Below, piece by piece: positions 12,641 to 24,433 of a DNA stretch of 64,000 nucleotides; position 1 is the first letter of the stretch; each line of letters begins with the position of its first letter. The notes beneath the pieces are model-generated. The model saw only the letters and a list, made by a program, of their open reading frames with translations, did not search any database and was not told the origin of the DNA. Made by a program: the position numbers and the translations under genes. The stretch is from positions 144,336,001 through 144,400,000 of the forward strand of contig NC_091984.1 of assembly GCF_044704955.1 (NCBI RefSeq), given 5' to 3'. This DNA comes from Pristiophorus japonicus. Taxonomy: Eukaryota.

Positions 12641-13292
12641 GAAAATGGCCTGGCCTCCATCAATCAGGCCATAATTTTTTCACCCCATCTTTCCTCATCT
12701 TTCCTCATCGCTAAAATTTTCCAGTCCAGGCAACATCCTCATAAATCTTCCTGTGTGCAATTGGTTGTAAAGCACCTTGGGACGTCCTGATATTGTGAAA
12801 GGCGCTATATAAATTCAAGGCTTTCTTTCATTGAAGTGGGAGGGCCCTGATCCTGACCCTCGCCCATTGTCTGACCTTCCAGGAGGTCACAGGATCATTG
12901 GGAGCAGTGACCCTGCCTGACCCCAGTACACTGAGGCTAATTGTAGCCTCACCCTTGACCTCACCCCGGTGCTGGGCAGCAAGCTTTTAAATGCAATCTA
13001 GAAGCTTCTACACCGACACCCAACATGAACCCTTGCTGAAGTGTGTTTATACAAGTGTGCCGCAATGTTCCCGGATAAAGTTCTCCCGATCTGTGTGTGA
13101 TCTGAGCTTTCTCACTGCTGAGCCTGTTTCCCCTGTATCCACCCATCTGCAGTTCGAGCTTCCTGCCAGTGAACAGCGTCTTAATGGGACACTCAGTCTT
13201 TACCGACTCTTACTGTTAACCATTTCAGTGCTGAATGTGTGCCAACCCTGCACTGCAGATGTTTATACAACAGTCCAATATGATTTTGAGTA

Positions 13293-13695
13293 TCAGCCGT
13301 GGTTCTGAGTCAGAAGGTTGTGGGTTCAAGTCCCACTCCAGGGACTTGAGCGCAAAAATCTAGTCTGACACTCCAGTGCAGTGCTGAGGGAGTACTGCAC
13401 TGTCGGAGGTGCCTTCTTCAGATGATATGTTAAACCGAGGCCCGTCTGCCCTCTCATGTGGATGTAAAGGATCCCATGCCACTATTTCACAGAAGAGGAG
13501 GGGAGTTCTCCCCAGTCTCCTGGTCAATATTTCTCCTTCAACCAACATGACAAAAGAACGGATTATCAGGTCGTTATAACATCGCTGTTTGTGGGAGCTT
13601 GCTGTGCACAGATTGGCTGCCGTGTTTCCCACATTACAATGGTGACTACACTCCAAAAGTACTTCATTGGCTGTAAAGCGCTTTGAGATGTCCCC
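13293..13695 (+). mobile_element. tRNA-derived Deu-domain-type SINE in the C-kappa upstream intron
   Basis: ggttcaagtccc B-box and central gagggagtactgcactgtcggagg..ttaaaccgaggccc body. Longer paralogue at 61610-62062 (-). Confidence 0.75.
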
Positions 13696-13920
13696 CTTAA
13701 GACCAAACGCATTTATATTTAGATTAAACTTACCAAACGAGGCAAAGAAGATTAAGAATTAGTGTTGCTCGCCTCTCATGGTTAATCGCCAGCCAGGAGT
13801 TCATTAGCCCAGCTCTCCATTATCAGATGTGAATTATCCCCACACGGAATTATCCCCACAGTGACACACACACACACACACTAATATACACATATTAAAC
13901 ACCCTTCTCCTCCCTTTCAG

Positions 13921-14248
13921 GGCGAGGGAAGACACCGCACAGCTGACCCTGCTGCCCCCATCCACGGAAGAGGTCATGAACAAGGGCACTGCCACCCTGG
14001 TGTGCCTCGCCGATCACTTCTACCCCGATGCGGTGGAGGTGGAGTGGAAGAAGGACGCGGCGACCATTTCGGCCGGGGTCCAGACCAGCGACTACCTGCG
14101 AGCTTCGGACAACACCTACAGTGTCAGCAGCCTGCTGACCCTCTCTGGCTCCGACTGGGAGTCCAACGCCAGCTTCTCCTGCAGCCTCACCCACGAGAGC
14201 CTCTCCTCTCCCCTCAGCAAGGGGGTCAGGAGAGCAGAATGTGCGTAG
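13921..14248 (+). pseudogene. IGKC: Ig kappa constant exon copy 2: orphan, frameshifted
   Basis: Same ttcag acceptor (AG 13919-13920), but the exon is 328 nt versus 329. The phase-1 frame gg cga ggg aag aca ccg cac agc TGA stops at 13944-13946. No V or J recognisable between copy 1 and copy 2. Confidence 0.88.
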
Positions 14249-14443
14249 TGTGTCAGGGACAGTCCGCGGGGGAGACGCAACTTTAAATAGAACAAGGGGT
14301 GAGCCGGGAGGGCAAAAGTCATTGTCAGCACTGCATTTCTACTCTCTTCCTTCTCGCGACTGGGTCAGGTAAAGCATCTGAGGGTCAGGGGGCAAGGCAC
14401 GTTATTGGGGCAGTGTAGAGGGAGCTTTACTCTGTATCTAACC

Positions 14444-17400
14444 TGTAAAGTCCTTGCACAATACCACAAATCTACACAATGCACATTTTATGCACAAGGT
14501 CCCTCCATGACCTGAACCTTTATTCACAGGACCAAGAAGTGATGACCCTGCGTGGGTCTCCCTTTTTATGCCTGGGTGACCAGGTGAGGAGTGTCTCCCA
14601 CAAGTTCACCCCCTGTGGTCAAGGTGTGCATTTCTTACGTATTTTCAGTATTGCAGTGTTGTTACATAAAGGTTACATGCATGACATCATCTCTCCCTCA
14701 ACATCTGATTGGGATCATAGGTTAAGTCTCTCGGGTGGTCTGCGCTCTCTCGTGGAGCGTCGCAGTTGGGACTCTGGGTGTTGAGCCTTGGTATGTGTGT
14801 CTGTCACCTGTGGTGATTCCAGCCTTTCCGGGCTGACTGCAGGGACTGTGCATGCTGCTGAATGTTCTTGTTGCTCGTTCACTGGCGGTGGTGTGAATAC
14901 CATCTCATGATCTTCCTCAGGTTCCTCAGTGTCCATGCTGAACCTTTCTTTTACTTGGTCCAGATGCTTGCTGCATATCTGCCCATTGTTACGTTTAACC
15001 ACTATGAATCTATTCCCCTCTTTGTCTCTTACAGCACCTCAAGCCATTTGGGCCCCAAAGCGTGATTGAGAACATATACCGGGTCATCAATATCTGTACT
15101 TCTACCCCTTGAATTTCGGTCATGGTACTCGTTTTGGGTCTGGCGCTTGCCCTCAACAATGTCGGACAGGACTGGATGAATGAGGGACAGCCGAGTTTTG
15201 AGTGTTCGTTTCATGAGTCGCTCCGCGGGCGGGACCCCCGTGAGCGAGTGCGGTCGGGACCTATAGGCCAGCAGGAGGCGCGATAGGCAGCATTGAAGGG
15301 AGGGTCCTTGAGTCCGGCGCATGCCTTGTTTTGTGATTTGGACCGCACGTTCCGCCTGGCCATTGGAGGCCGGATTGAATGGTGCTGTCCCGAAATGGTT
15401 AATGCCGTTACCCGACCTGAACTCCCGGAATTCATAGCTTGTGAAACATGGGCCATTATCACTAACAAGGATGTCTGGCAAGCCGTGGGTCACAAAGACC
15501 GAGCGCAGACTCTCCATGGTGGTGGATGTCGTGCACGAATTCAAAACGATGCATTCAATCCATTTCGAGTACGCATCAACCACAATGAGAAACATTTTTC
15601 CCATGAACGGGCCCGTGAAGTCTACGTGCATACGTGACCATGGCCTGGTGGGCCAGGGCCACGAGCTGAGTGGGGCCTCCCTGGGGGCAGTACCCAGCTG
15701 GGCACATGTCGTGCACCTGTGAACACAGTGTTCCAGGTCTGAATCAATTTACGGCCACCACATATGTGACCGGGCAATGGCCTTCATCAGCACGATGCCT
15801 GGGTGCTCGCTGTGGAGTTCCCTGATGAATGCTTCCCTGCCCCTCTGGGGCATGACTACCCAGTTGCCCAATCGTAGGCAGTCGGCTTGGATGGAGAGCT
15901 CATCCATCCGTCTGTGAAATGGTCTGACCTCCTCAGGGCATGCTCTGTGTGCGGGCGCCCAATACCCAGTCAGGACACATTTCTTAATCAAGGATAGGAG
16001 GGGATCTCTGTTGGTCCAGATTTTGATCTGGCGGGCTGTGATAGGGGATCCTGCACTATCAAAGGTCTCGACAGCCATGACCATCTCAGCGCTTTGCTCC
16101 GCTGACCCCTCAGTGGTGGCCAGTGGAAGCCTGCTGAGTGCGTCAGCGCAGTTTTCGGTGCCGGATGGTGTAGTCATATGCAGCGAGCGTGAGAGCCCAT
16201 CGCTGTATGCAAGCTGATGCATTGGCATTGACAGCCTTGCTGTCTGACAGCAGATATGTTAATGGCTTGTGGTTCATTTCTAATTCGAACCTCCTGCCAA
16301 AAAGGTACTGATGCATCATTTTCACCCCATAGGCACATGCGAGTGCTTCCTTCTCAACCATCCCATATCCCCGTTCAGCTTGAGAGAGCGACCTGGAGGC
16401 ATAAGCCACAGATTGTAGTTGGCCCTCAGCATTATCCTGCTGCAACACGCACCCAACCCCATAGGACGATGCATCACATGTCAGAACCAATTTCTTACGG
16501 GGATCGTTCAATGTCAACAACTTATTTGAACAAAGTAGGTTCCGCGCCCGATTGAAAGCCCGTTCCTGACAGTCCCCCCAAAACCAATCGCAAGCCTTAC
16601 CCTGGAGCACGTGTAGCGGCTCCAACAACATGCTTAAGTTTGGCAGAAAGTTCCCGAAATAGTTCAAGAGTCCCAGAAATGAACGCAACTCCGATGTGTT
16701 GCAGGGCCTGGGCGCTTGTCGAATCATCTCTGTTTTGGATTCGCTGGGCAAAATCCCGTCTGCAGCAACCATCTTGCCCAGAAACTCGATCTCGGGAGCC
16801 AAAAACACACACTTAGACTTCTTGAGTCGCAGGCCTACCCGGTTCAGTCGGCGTAGCACCTCCTTCAGGTTGTGGAGGTGTTCCTCGGTGTCACAACCAG
16901 TGATGAGGATGTCGTCCTGAAATATGATCGTTCTGGGAATGGATTTGAGCAGGCTTTCCATGTTTCTTTGAAAAATCGCGGCCGCTGACCGAATGCCAAA
17001 CAGACAACTGTTGTAAACAAACATTCCCTTGTGCATGGTGATGGTGGTCAGTAGTTCTTGGGTCATGTAGGCTGAAGTGAGTTCCAACTTGGTGAACAGC
17101 TTGCCGCCTGCCAGCGTGGCAAAAAAGTCCTCCGCTCTCGGGAGCGGGTTTTGGTCTTGTAGGGACACCTGGTTGATAGTGGCCTTGTAGTCGCCACAGA
17201 TCCTGACCGAGCCATCCGCTTTTAGGATGGGAATGATGGGGCTCGCCCAGTCGCTGAATTCAATGGGCAAGATGATGCCCTCTCTCAGCAACCGGTCCAA
17301 CTCGCCCTCAATTTTCTGCCGCATCACATACGGCACAGCTCTGGCTTTGTGGTGCACTGGTCTGGCGTCTGGGGTGATACGTATCACTACTTTGGTTTCT

Positions 17401-19168
17401 TTGAACGTCCCGATGCCAGGTTGAAATAGTGACTCAAATTGCTGTAGGACCTGTGAGCATGAACTTCGCTCCACAGATGACATGGTGTGCACATCCCCCC
17501 ATTTCCAGTTCATCTCAGCTAACCAGCTCCTCCCCAACAGTGCGGGACTATTGCCCGGGACAATCCAGAGTGGCAGTCGGTTCACTGATCCATTGTGTGT
17601 GACCGCCAACATTGCACTGCCGAGCACTGGAATGATTTCTTTGGTGTACGTCCCTAATTGCGTCTCAATGCATTCTAGTTTGGGTCTGCTGGTTTTGAGT
17701 GGCCACAGCTTTTCGAATTGTTGAATGCTCATGAGTGACTGGCTGGCCCCCGTGTCCAGCTCCATGCATACAGGGATGCCGTTTAATCGGACTTTCATCA
17801 TCATAGGTGGCATTTTGGTATATGAGCTGTGAATGTTTGCCACATGAACCCGCTGAACTTCAGCGTCCATTGATTTGCCCCAAGCGTCATCCTGCCTCGC
17901 AGACCCCTCATCTGGTTCATCCGCCTCGTATATTAGCCGGGTTACAGGCTTTCTGCACATTCTGGCTAAATGGCCACTGTGGTTACAATTTCTGCAGACA
18001 AACTGTTGAAACTTGCAAGTCCTGGCAGCGTGTCTGCCCCCACACCACCGGCATGAACTGAGATTCCCATTGTTTTGAACAAAAGAGCTGTTACAAGGCA
18101 TTCTTCACTGATTGACCCTTTGACTGCTCTTGAGCATCCTGTTAGTGGGTGTCAATGGCCCCATCCCGGGCCGCATTGTCCACTGGCAGGGGGGGGGGGG
18201 CGTAAATGTCCGTTCAGCCTGCCATTGTCTCTGTTGGAGACTTACTCTTGGGTCTATGCTGTCTGGGGTGTCTTGAACTGCCCTTGCCTGCCTGCGGGGC
18301 TCTGTGATGCATTTATGATATTGACTCCCTGATCCATTGCCACGTTAGAGGCAGAATTGCGCATGTATATTATCTTGGTTTCCTCCTCCCCCGCCATAAA
18401 AGTCTGAGCCATCAACGCCGCCGCCTCCAAGTTCAAGTCCTCAATTAGCTTTCTGAAAATCCCAGCATGACCGATGCCCTCAATAAAGAAATCCCTTAGC
18501 ATCTCCCCCCTGCAGGCATCTGTGAACTTACAGAGGCTGGCAAGCGCCGGAGGTCCGCAACGAAATCTGGTATGCTCTGTCCTTTACAACGTCGGTGGGT
18601 ATAGAATCTGTGTCGGGCCAGGTGTATGTTGCTCACCAGTTCGAGGTGCTCACCAATTAGTTTGCTGAGCTCTTCAAAGGTTTTGTCCGCCAGCTTCTCG
18701 GGTGCTCGCAGGTCTTTCATGAGCGCGTAAGTCTTAGGTCCACAGCTGGTCAGCAGATGAGCCCTTCACTTGTAGGCCACTGCGTCTCCCAGCCAGTCAT
18801 TCGTCACAAAACTCTGCTGGAGCCTCTCAGTGAAATCGTCCCAATCTTCACCAACACAGTACCGTTCATCTGTGCTGGTGGTGGCCATTCTCGTGGGACT
18901 TTGATTCCCGTTTCTCGTCGCCAATGTAAAGTCCTTACACAATGCCACAAATCCACATGAGGCGCATTCTATGGACAAGGTCACTCCATGACCTGATCCT
19001 TTATTCACAGGACCAAGAAGTGATGACCCTGTGTCGGACCTCCCGTCATATATCTGGATGACCAGGTGAGGAGTGTCTCCCACAAGTTCACCCCCTGTGG
19101 TCAAGGTGTGCATTTCTTACATATATACAGTATTGCAGTGTTGTTACATAAAGGTTACATACATGACA
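14444..19168 (-). mobile_element. Ty3/Gypsy (Mag-like) LTR retrotransposon, full length, in the 3' UTR of C-kappa copy 2
   Basis: LTRs 14444-14686 and 18925-19168 (tgtaaag...catgaca). Exact 5-bp TSD TAACC (14439-14443 / 19169-19173). PBS TGGCGACGAG(AAA) at 18911-18923 minus; PPT after 14686. 652-aa CCHC-PR-RT-RH ORF 16143-18101; integrase 15029-15631. Confidence 0.97.
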
Positions 19169-19550
19169 TAACCCGTGCTGTACCTGCCTTGCGAGTGTCT
19201 GATGGGACAGTGTTGAGGGATCTTTACTCTGTATCTAACCTGTACTGTACCTGCTGTGGTAGTGTTTGATGGGACAGTGTAGAGGGAGCTTTACTCTGTA
19301 TCTAACCCGTGCTGTACCTGCCCTGGGAGTGTTTGATGGGACAGTGTAGAGGGAGCTTTGCACTGTATCGAACCAGTGCTGCACCTGCCCTGGGAATGTT
19401 TGATGGAACAGTGTAGAGGGAGCTTTACTCTGTATCTAATCCGTGCTGTACCTGTCCTGGGAGTGTTTGATGGGACAGTGTCGAGGGAGCTTTACTCTGT
19501 ATCTAACCCGTGCTGTACCTGCCCTGGGAGGGTTTGATGGGACAATGTTG
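19169..19550 (+). repeat. 67-bp minisatellite, about 6 copies
   Basis: Unit gggacagtgtagagggagctttactctgtatctaacccgtgctgtacctgccctgggagtgtttgat. Only about one unit in copies 1 (540-612) and 3 (60810-60885). Confidence 0.9.
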
Positions 19551-20339
19551 ATTCCTGCTGCCAAGTAAAACCTCTCGAAGATGCTGAAGACTGTCAGCAG
19601 AGTAAAACTAATGTTAAACTGCGAAGTGCCGCTTCAGTAAGCAGACCCTCTCCCTGCTCACCCAGCTGTTACAATTCAAGGTTTTGATCCCGTTTAAAGG
19701 GACAGGATTCTCACGGTGTGGAGAAAATCCCCACAACTGTTTTAATAAAGCTACATTCCCCCTGTGAATGTCTCCAGCTGGCTCTCGCTGGGCTGTTTAT
19801 TCAAGTCTTGTTTCTGTAAATGCGAATCTGTAAAAGACCATAAAAGTGAAGAATATTCAGTCTGTGCCTGGCGAATGCTTTGGAAATGTCCGACCTCCCC
19901 CTCAGCTGGATTGGCTGCATCTAAGCGTCTATCCTGATTGTCTGGGTGGGCTGTCAATCAATGTCACGTCAGCAGGAGATTTTATTCAAAGCCAATTATC
20001 AATCATTTTAAAACGATCAAATTGACCTCGAGTCCCTGGAGTGCACAAGATTAAACACAGAGGCACTAAAAGCTGCTGGGATTAAACCCTCCCAGTCTGA
20101 GCATTGGCTCTCACTCTGCACACTGTGGGTGTTGGGGCAGCCCCCGATGGTGGGATCGCACTGTGCACTCTGTGCTGACTGCTGGGGGCAATCTGGGGGC
20201 AGGAGGCCACAGTCACAAAGTTGCATTCTCTCTCAACTTGTGGATCATGGCAGCAGCACAAAACTGTACCGAGTGAGGCCCCAGCTTAGGGAGAGGAGCA
20301 GTCAGTGTATCACCGTGTATATGTCCCTGAGTGTTCGTG

Positions 20340-20550
20340 TGGCTTACCCAGCACCGCCAGGTGTAGGTGTGTGCGTGTGCGTGTGTGTGTGTGTGTGTAT
20401 GACTGTTACCCAGCACCGTCTGTCGGTGTGTGTGTATGTGTGTGTGTGTGTGTGTGACTGTTACCCAGCACCGTCTGTAGGTGTGTGTGTGTGTGTGTGT
20501 GTGACTGTTACCCAGCACCGTCTGTAGGTGTGTGTGTGTATGTTTGTGTG
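20340..20550 (+). repeat. Compound repeat: gactgttacccagcaccgtctgtag + (GT)n, about 4 units
   Basis: Directly visible. Paralogues at 1415-1492 and 59660-59877. Confidence 0.85.
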
Positions 20551-20899
20551 AGGTCCAGCTCCTGGGGGAGTGGGGGCGGGTTCGGGGCCTGAACTTGTGT
20601 GGAACAGGGGGACTGAGGCAATCGGGAGGGTCCCTGGAAGGACAGGGCATCCGGGGAGACCAGCGTGGTCGAGGACTGAGAGCGGGAGGTCGCGGAGTGA
20701 AGGGGTCTCAGGGGACCAGGGTGGGGGGTGGCGGTTGGGGAGGGGGCTCGGGGACCAGGGGACCAGCCAGTCACCACTCTGCACATACTCTGCTCCCTCT
20801 GTGTCTCAGTCCAGTGTTGCAGTGAGGAGTTCAGGATCTGAGGCTCAGGCTAGTTCTCCGGCACCATCAGCGCCCTGTTGGGTAAGGGTATTAAGGGTT

Positions 20900-23575
20900 A
20901 AGAACATTAAAAATTGGAGCAGGAGTAGGCCACCTGGCCCCTCGAGTCTGCTCTGCCATTTAATAAGATCATGGCTGATCTGATCATGGACTCAGCTCCA
21001 CTTCCCTGCCCACTCCCCATAACCCTTTATTCCCTTATGGCTCAAAAATCTGTCTATCTCCACATTAAATATAATCAATGATCCAGCCTCCACAGCTCTC
21101 TGGGGCAGAGAATTCCACAGATTTATAAGCCTCCGAGAGAAGAAATTCCTCCCCAACTGAATTTTAAATGGACGGCCCCTTATTCTGAGACTATGACCCC
21201 TAGTACTAGTTTCCCTTCTGAGTGGAAATATCCTCAGTGCATCCACCTTGTCGCCCCCTCATTATCTGATATGTTTCGATAAAATCACCTCTCGTTCTTC
21301 TGAACTCCAATGATTATAGGCCTAACCTACTCAACCTATCCTCATAAGTCAACCCCCTCATCTCCAGAATCAACCTAGTGAACCTTCTCTGAACTGCCTC
21401 CAAAGCAAGTCTATCCTTTCTTAAGTATGGTGACCAAAACTGTACGCAGTACTCCAGGTGTGTCCTCACCAATAACCTGTACAGTTGTAGCAGGATTTCT
21501 CTGCTTTTATATTCTATCCCCCTTGCTATAAAGGCCAACATTCCATTTGCCTTCCTGATTATTGCTTTAACCACATACTAACTTTTTGTGTTTCATGCAC
21601 AAGGTCCCTCTGTACTGCAGCAGGTTGCAATCTTTCTCCATTTGAAAATGAATTTGCTTTTCGATTCTTTCTGCCAAAGTGGAAAGCCTCACATTTTCCC
21701 ACATTATACTCCACCTGCCAAATGTTTGCCCTTTCACTTAGCTGGTCTATATCCCTTTACAGACTATTTGTGTCCTCCTCACAATTTGCTTTCCCACCCA
21801 TCTTTGTATTATAGGGTGATTGTTTTTCAATCTACTCTCATTCTTAGAAATTGACTGAAGACATACAATCGCCCTCCCTGGCTGTATCTATTGTAGGTTC
21901 GTGGTCATTGGTTCTGTGCCTGGTTGGTTCTTCTTCTGGCCTTTCTCTGCATTGCTGTTCCCTCCGTTTTACCACGTCCTTCCACCTGTTCGTCTGTTTG
22001 TTCTTTCGACCTGTGTCCATCTGTACATGTGTCCTTCTACTTCTTCTGTGTGCTTCTTCTTCCATCTGTTCCTTTCCTTCATCCTTCTTCTGCAGAGCTG
22101 CTTCTAGCTCGCATATTTATATCCAGGTTATGACTGATCTCCCGCCACTGCGGTTTCTGATGAAGTGTTTACATAGATATATTTTATTGTGGTCCCCTTG
22201 GTTGATTGACTGCAATAATGGACTCATCTGTTTTCCCATTTGCACACTGAGTCTGCAAGGCTCAAGTTGATTTCTCATCTTAACACCTCGTCCCAAAAAA
22301 TGTTCACCTAATGTGATTCCTTTGTTGTCCAGTCTTTTTAAAGACTTGGTGTCTTCAGTGAGCTTGGTTTTCCCCACTCTGGTCAATCAAGATCAGGGCC
22401 TCATGTAACAACCCCATTCTTGTTATGCATGAAGTCAGTTTTGGTCCCTGACCAAGAATGTCCTCAGTTGTCCAGCTTCATTCCAAAAGCTTGTATTAAA
22501 TTCCAAAAGCTAATATTAATCTTTAGTTCATCGTCTCCTTCTGTGCTTTTCTGAAGATTAGTAAGCATGCATTCCCTCCTTTAATGTTTCGTAAATATAA
22601 AACTAGAGAAATTACTTGGGGAGTTCTTCTTTTTTCATGAGCTCTTTTTGAGTGTATTGCAGTCTCAGTCAAAAACTCCAGATTACATCCTATTTTTACT
22701 TCAAAAAACAGTACTTTTTCCCGACAAACCAACAGTTTTACAACAAAAATATTTGGCCTTGATCTGACTTCAGTTTTATATACAAACACTTTGGCTTTGG
22801 TTCATCTTAACAACCCTTTAAGATTCCCTCCCTTTGTATTCAATTTTAACTTACAGGATAAGATAGATAGTTACAACACCATAACCAACTATACAATGGC
22901 TAGTGCGTGAGACACGATTCGAACCCAGGGGAGAATCTGAATATTGAATCCCAAATCCCATTTTGGATGGGCCATCACTTCCTCAATTTCCTCCCTTTTC
23001 ATTTGTTTGGTGTAATGTTTAATAGTGTTTGTTGGATAGCTCAATATCCTTCTTTGTATCATCAGCAAATTTGGCTACATTACACTCGGTCCCTTCATTT
23101 AAGTCATTAATATAGATAGTAAATCGATGAGGCCCCAGCACCGATCCATGTGGCACTCCACTAGTTACCATTTGCCAACGGGAAAATGACCCATTTATCC
23201 CAACTCCCTGTTTTCTGTTAGTTAGCAAATTCTCTATCCATGTTAATATATTACCCCCAACCCCATGAACTTTTATCTTGTGCCTTTTATGTGGCACCAT
23301 ATCGAATGCCTTCTGGAAATCTAAATACACCACATCCACTGGTTCCCCTTTATCCACCCTGCTCGTTACATCCTCAAAGAATTCCAGCAAATTTGTCAAG
23401 CATAAAACCATGCTGACTCTGCTTGATTGAACCATGCTTTTCCTAATGTCCTGCTACTGCTTCCTTAATAATGGACTCCAGCATTTTCCCAATGACAGAT
23501 GTTAGGCTAACTGGTCTATCGTTTCCTGCTTTCTGTCTGCCTCCTTTTTTAAATAGGGGCGTTACATTTGCTGTG
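20900..23575 (-). mobile_element. CR1 LINE 3' half, interrupted by a 1.2-kb insert (about 21813-23047)
   Basis: RT/3' ORFs at 20992-21246, 21314-21574 and 23019-23435; tctttgtat occurs on both sides of the insert. Confidence 0.85.
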
Positions 23576-24433
23576 CATGCTTTGCAGAGGGCGGTAAAAG
23601 GAGCGGCGACATCCAGAATACCAGATTTTGCCTAATTCAACAACAACAACTTGTATTTATATGGCGCCTTTAAAGTAGTGAAATGTCCCAAGGCACTTCC
23701 CAGGAGTATTATGAGATATAAAATTTGACACCGAGTCACATAAGAAGAAATTAGTGTCGGTGACCAAAGAGGTATATTTTAAGGATCACCTTGAAGGAGG
23801 AAAGAGAGTTAGAGAGGCGGAGAGGTTTAGGGAGAGAGTTCCAGAGCTTGGGGTCTCGGCAACAGAAGGCACGGCCACCAATGGTTGAGCGATCATAATC
23901 AGGGATGCTCAGGAGGGCAGAATTGGAGGAGCGCAGATATCTCGGGGGGTTGTGGGGCTGGAGGAGATTACAGAGATAGGGAGGGGTGAGGCCATGAAGG
24001 GATTTGAAAACAAGAATGAGATTTTTTTAAATTGAGGCATTTCTAAGCTGGAAGCCGATGACAGTCTCTACCCTCGCCCCACCGAGCCATTCTCCCCAAC
24101 CCCACCTCAAGCCGCTCCCCCGCCTCCCTCCCTCACTCCAGCCCTCCTCACACCACATCCCTCAGCCTCCCTTCCCCTGAACCCAACTCAGCTCCCACTC
24201 CCTCCCCACCTCCCTGCCCCCCTACCTCACACGCCCCTCTCCTCCCTCCCATCCCCTGTGCCCCTCTCGAGCCGGAGTAGGCCACTCGGCCCCTCGAGCC
24301 TGCTCCGCCATTCAATGAGATCATGGCTGATCTTCTACCTCAACTCCACTTTCCTGCACTGTCCCCATATCCCTCGATTCCCTTAATATCCAAAAATCTA
24401 TCGATCTCTGTCTTGAAAATACTCAAAGACTGA

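Noticed and set aside
12991-13308. About 100-codon intronic ORF open in both copy 2 and copy 3 (61968-62366)
   Set aside because: The copies differ by many amino-acid changes (S/R, P/A, P/L, C/Y, R/C, Y/S, D/Y), there is no recognisable domain, and it ends inside a SINE. Shared openness is explained by duplication.
13293-13340. tRNA genes at B-box-like motifs (also 34590, 36880, 62000)
   Set aside because: These are SINE heads continuing into the SINE body; no cloverleaf.
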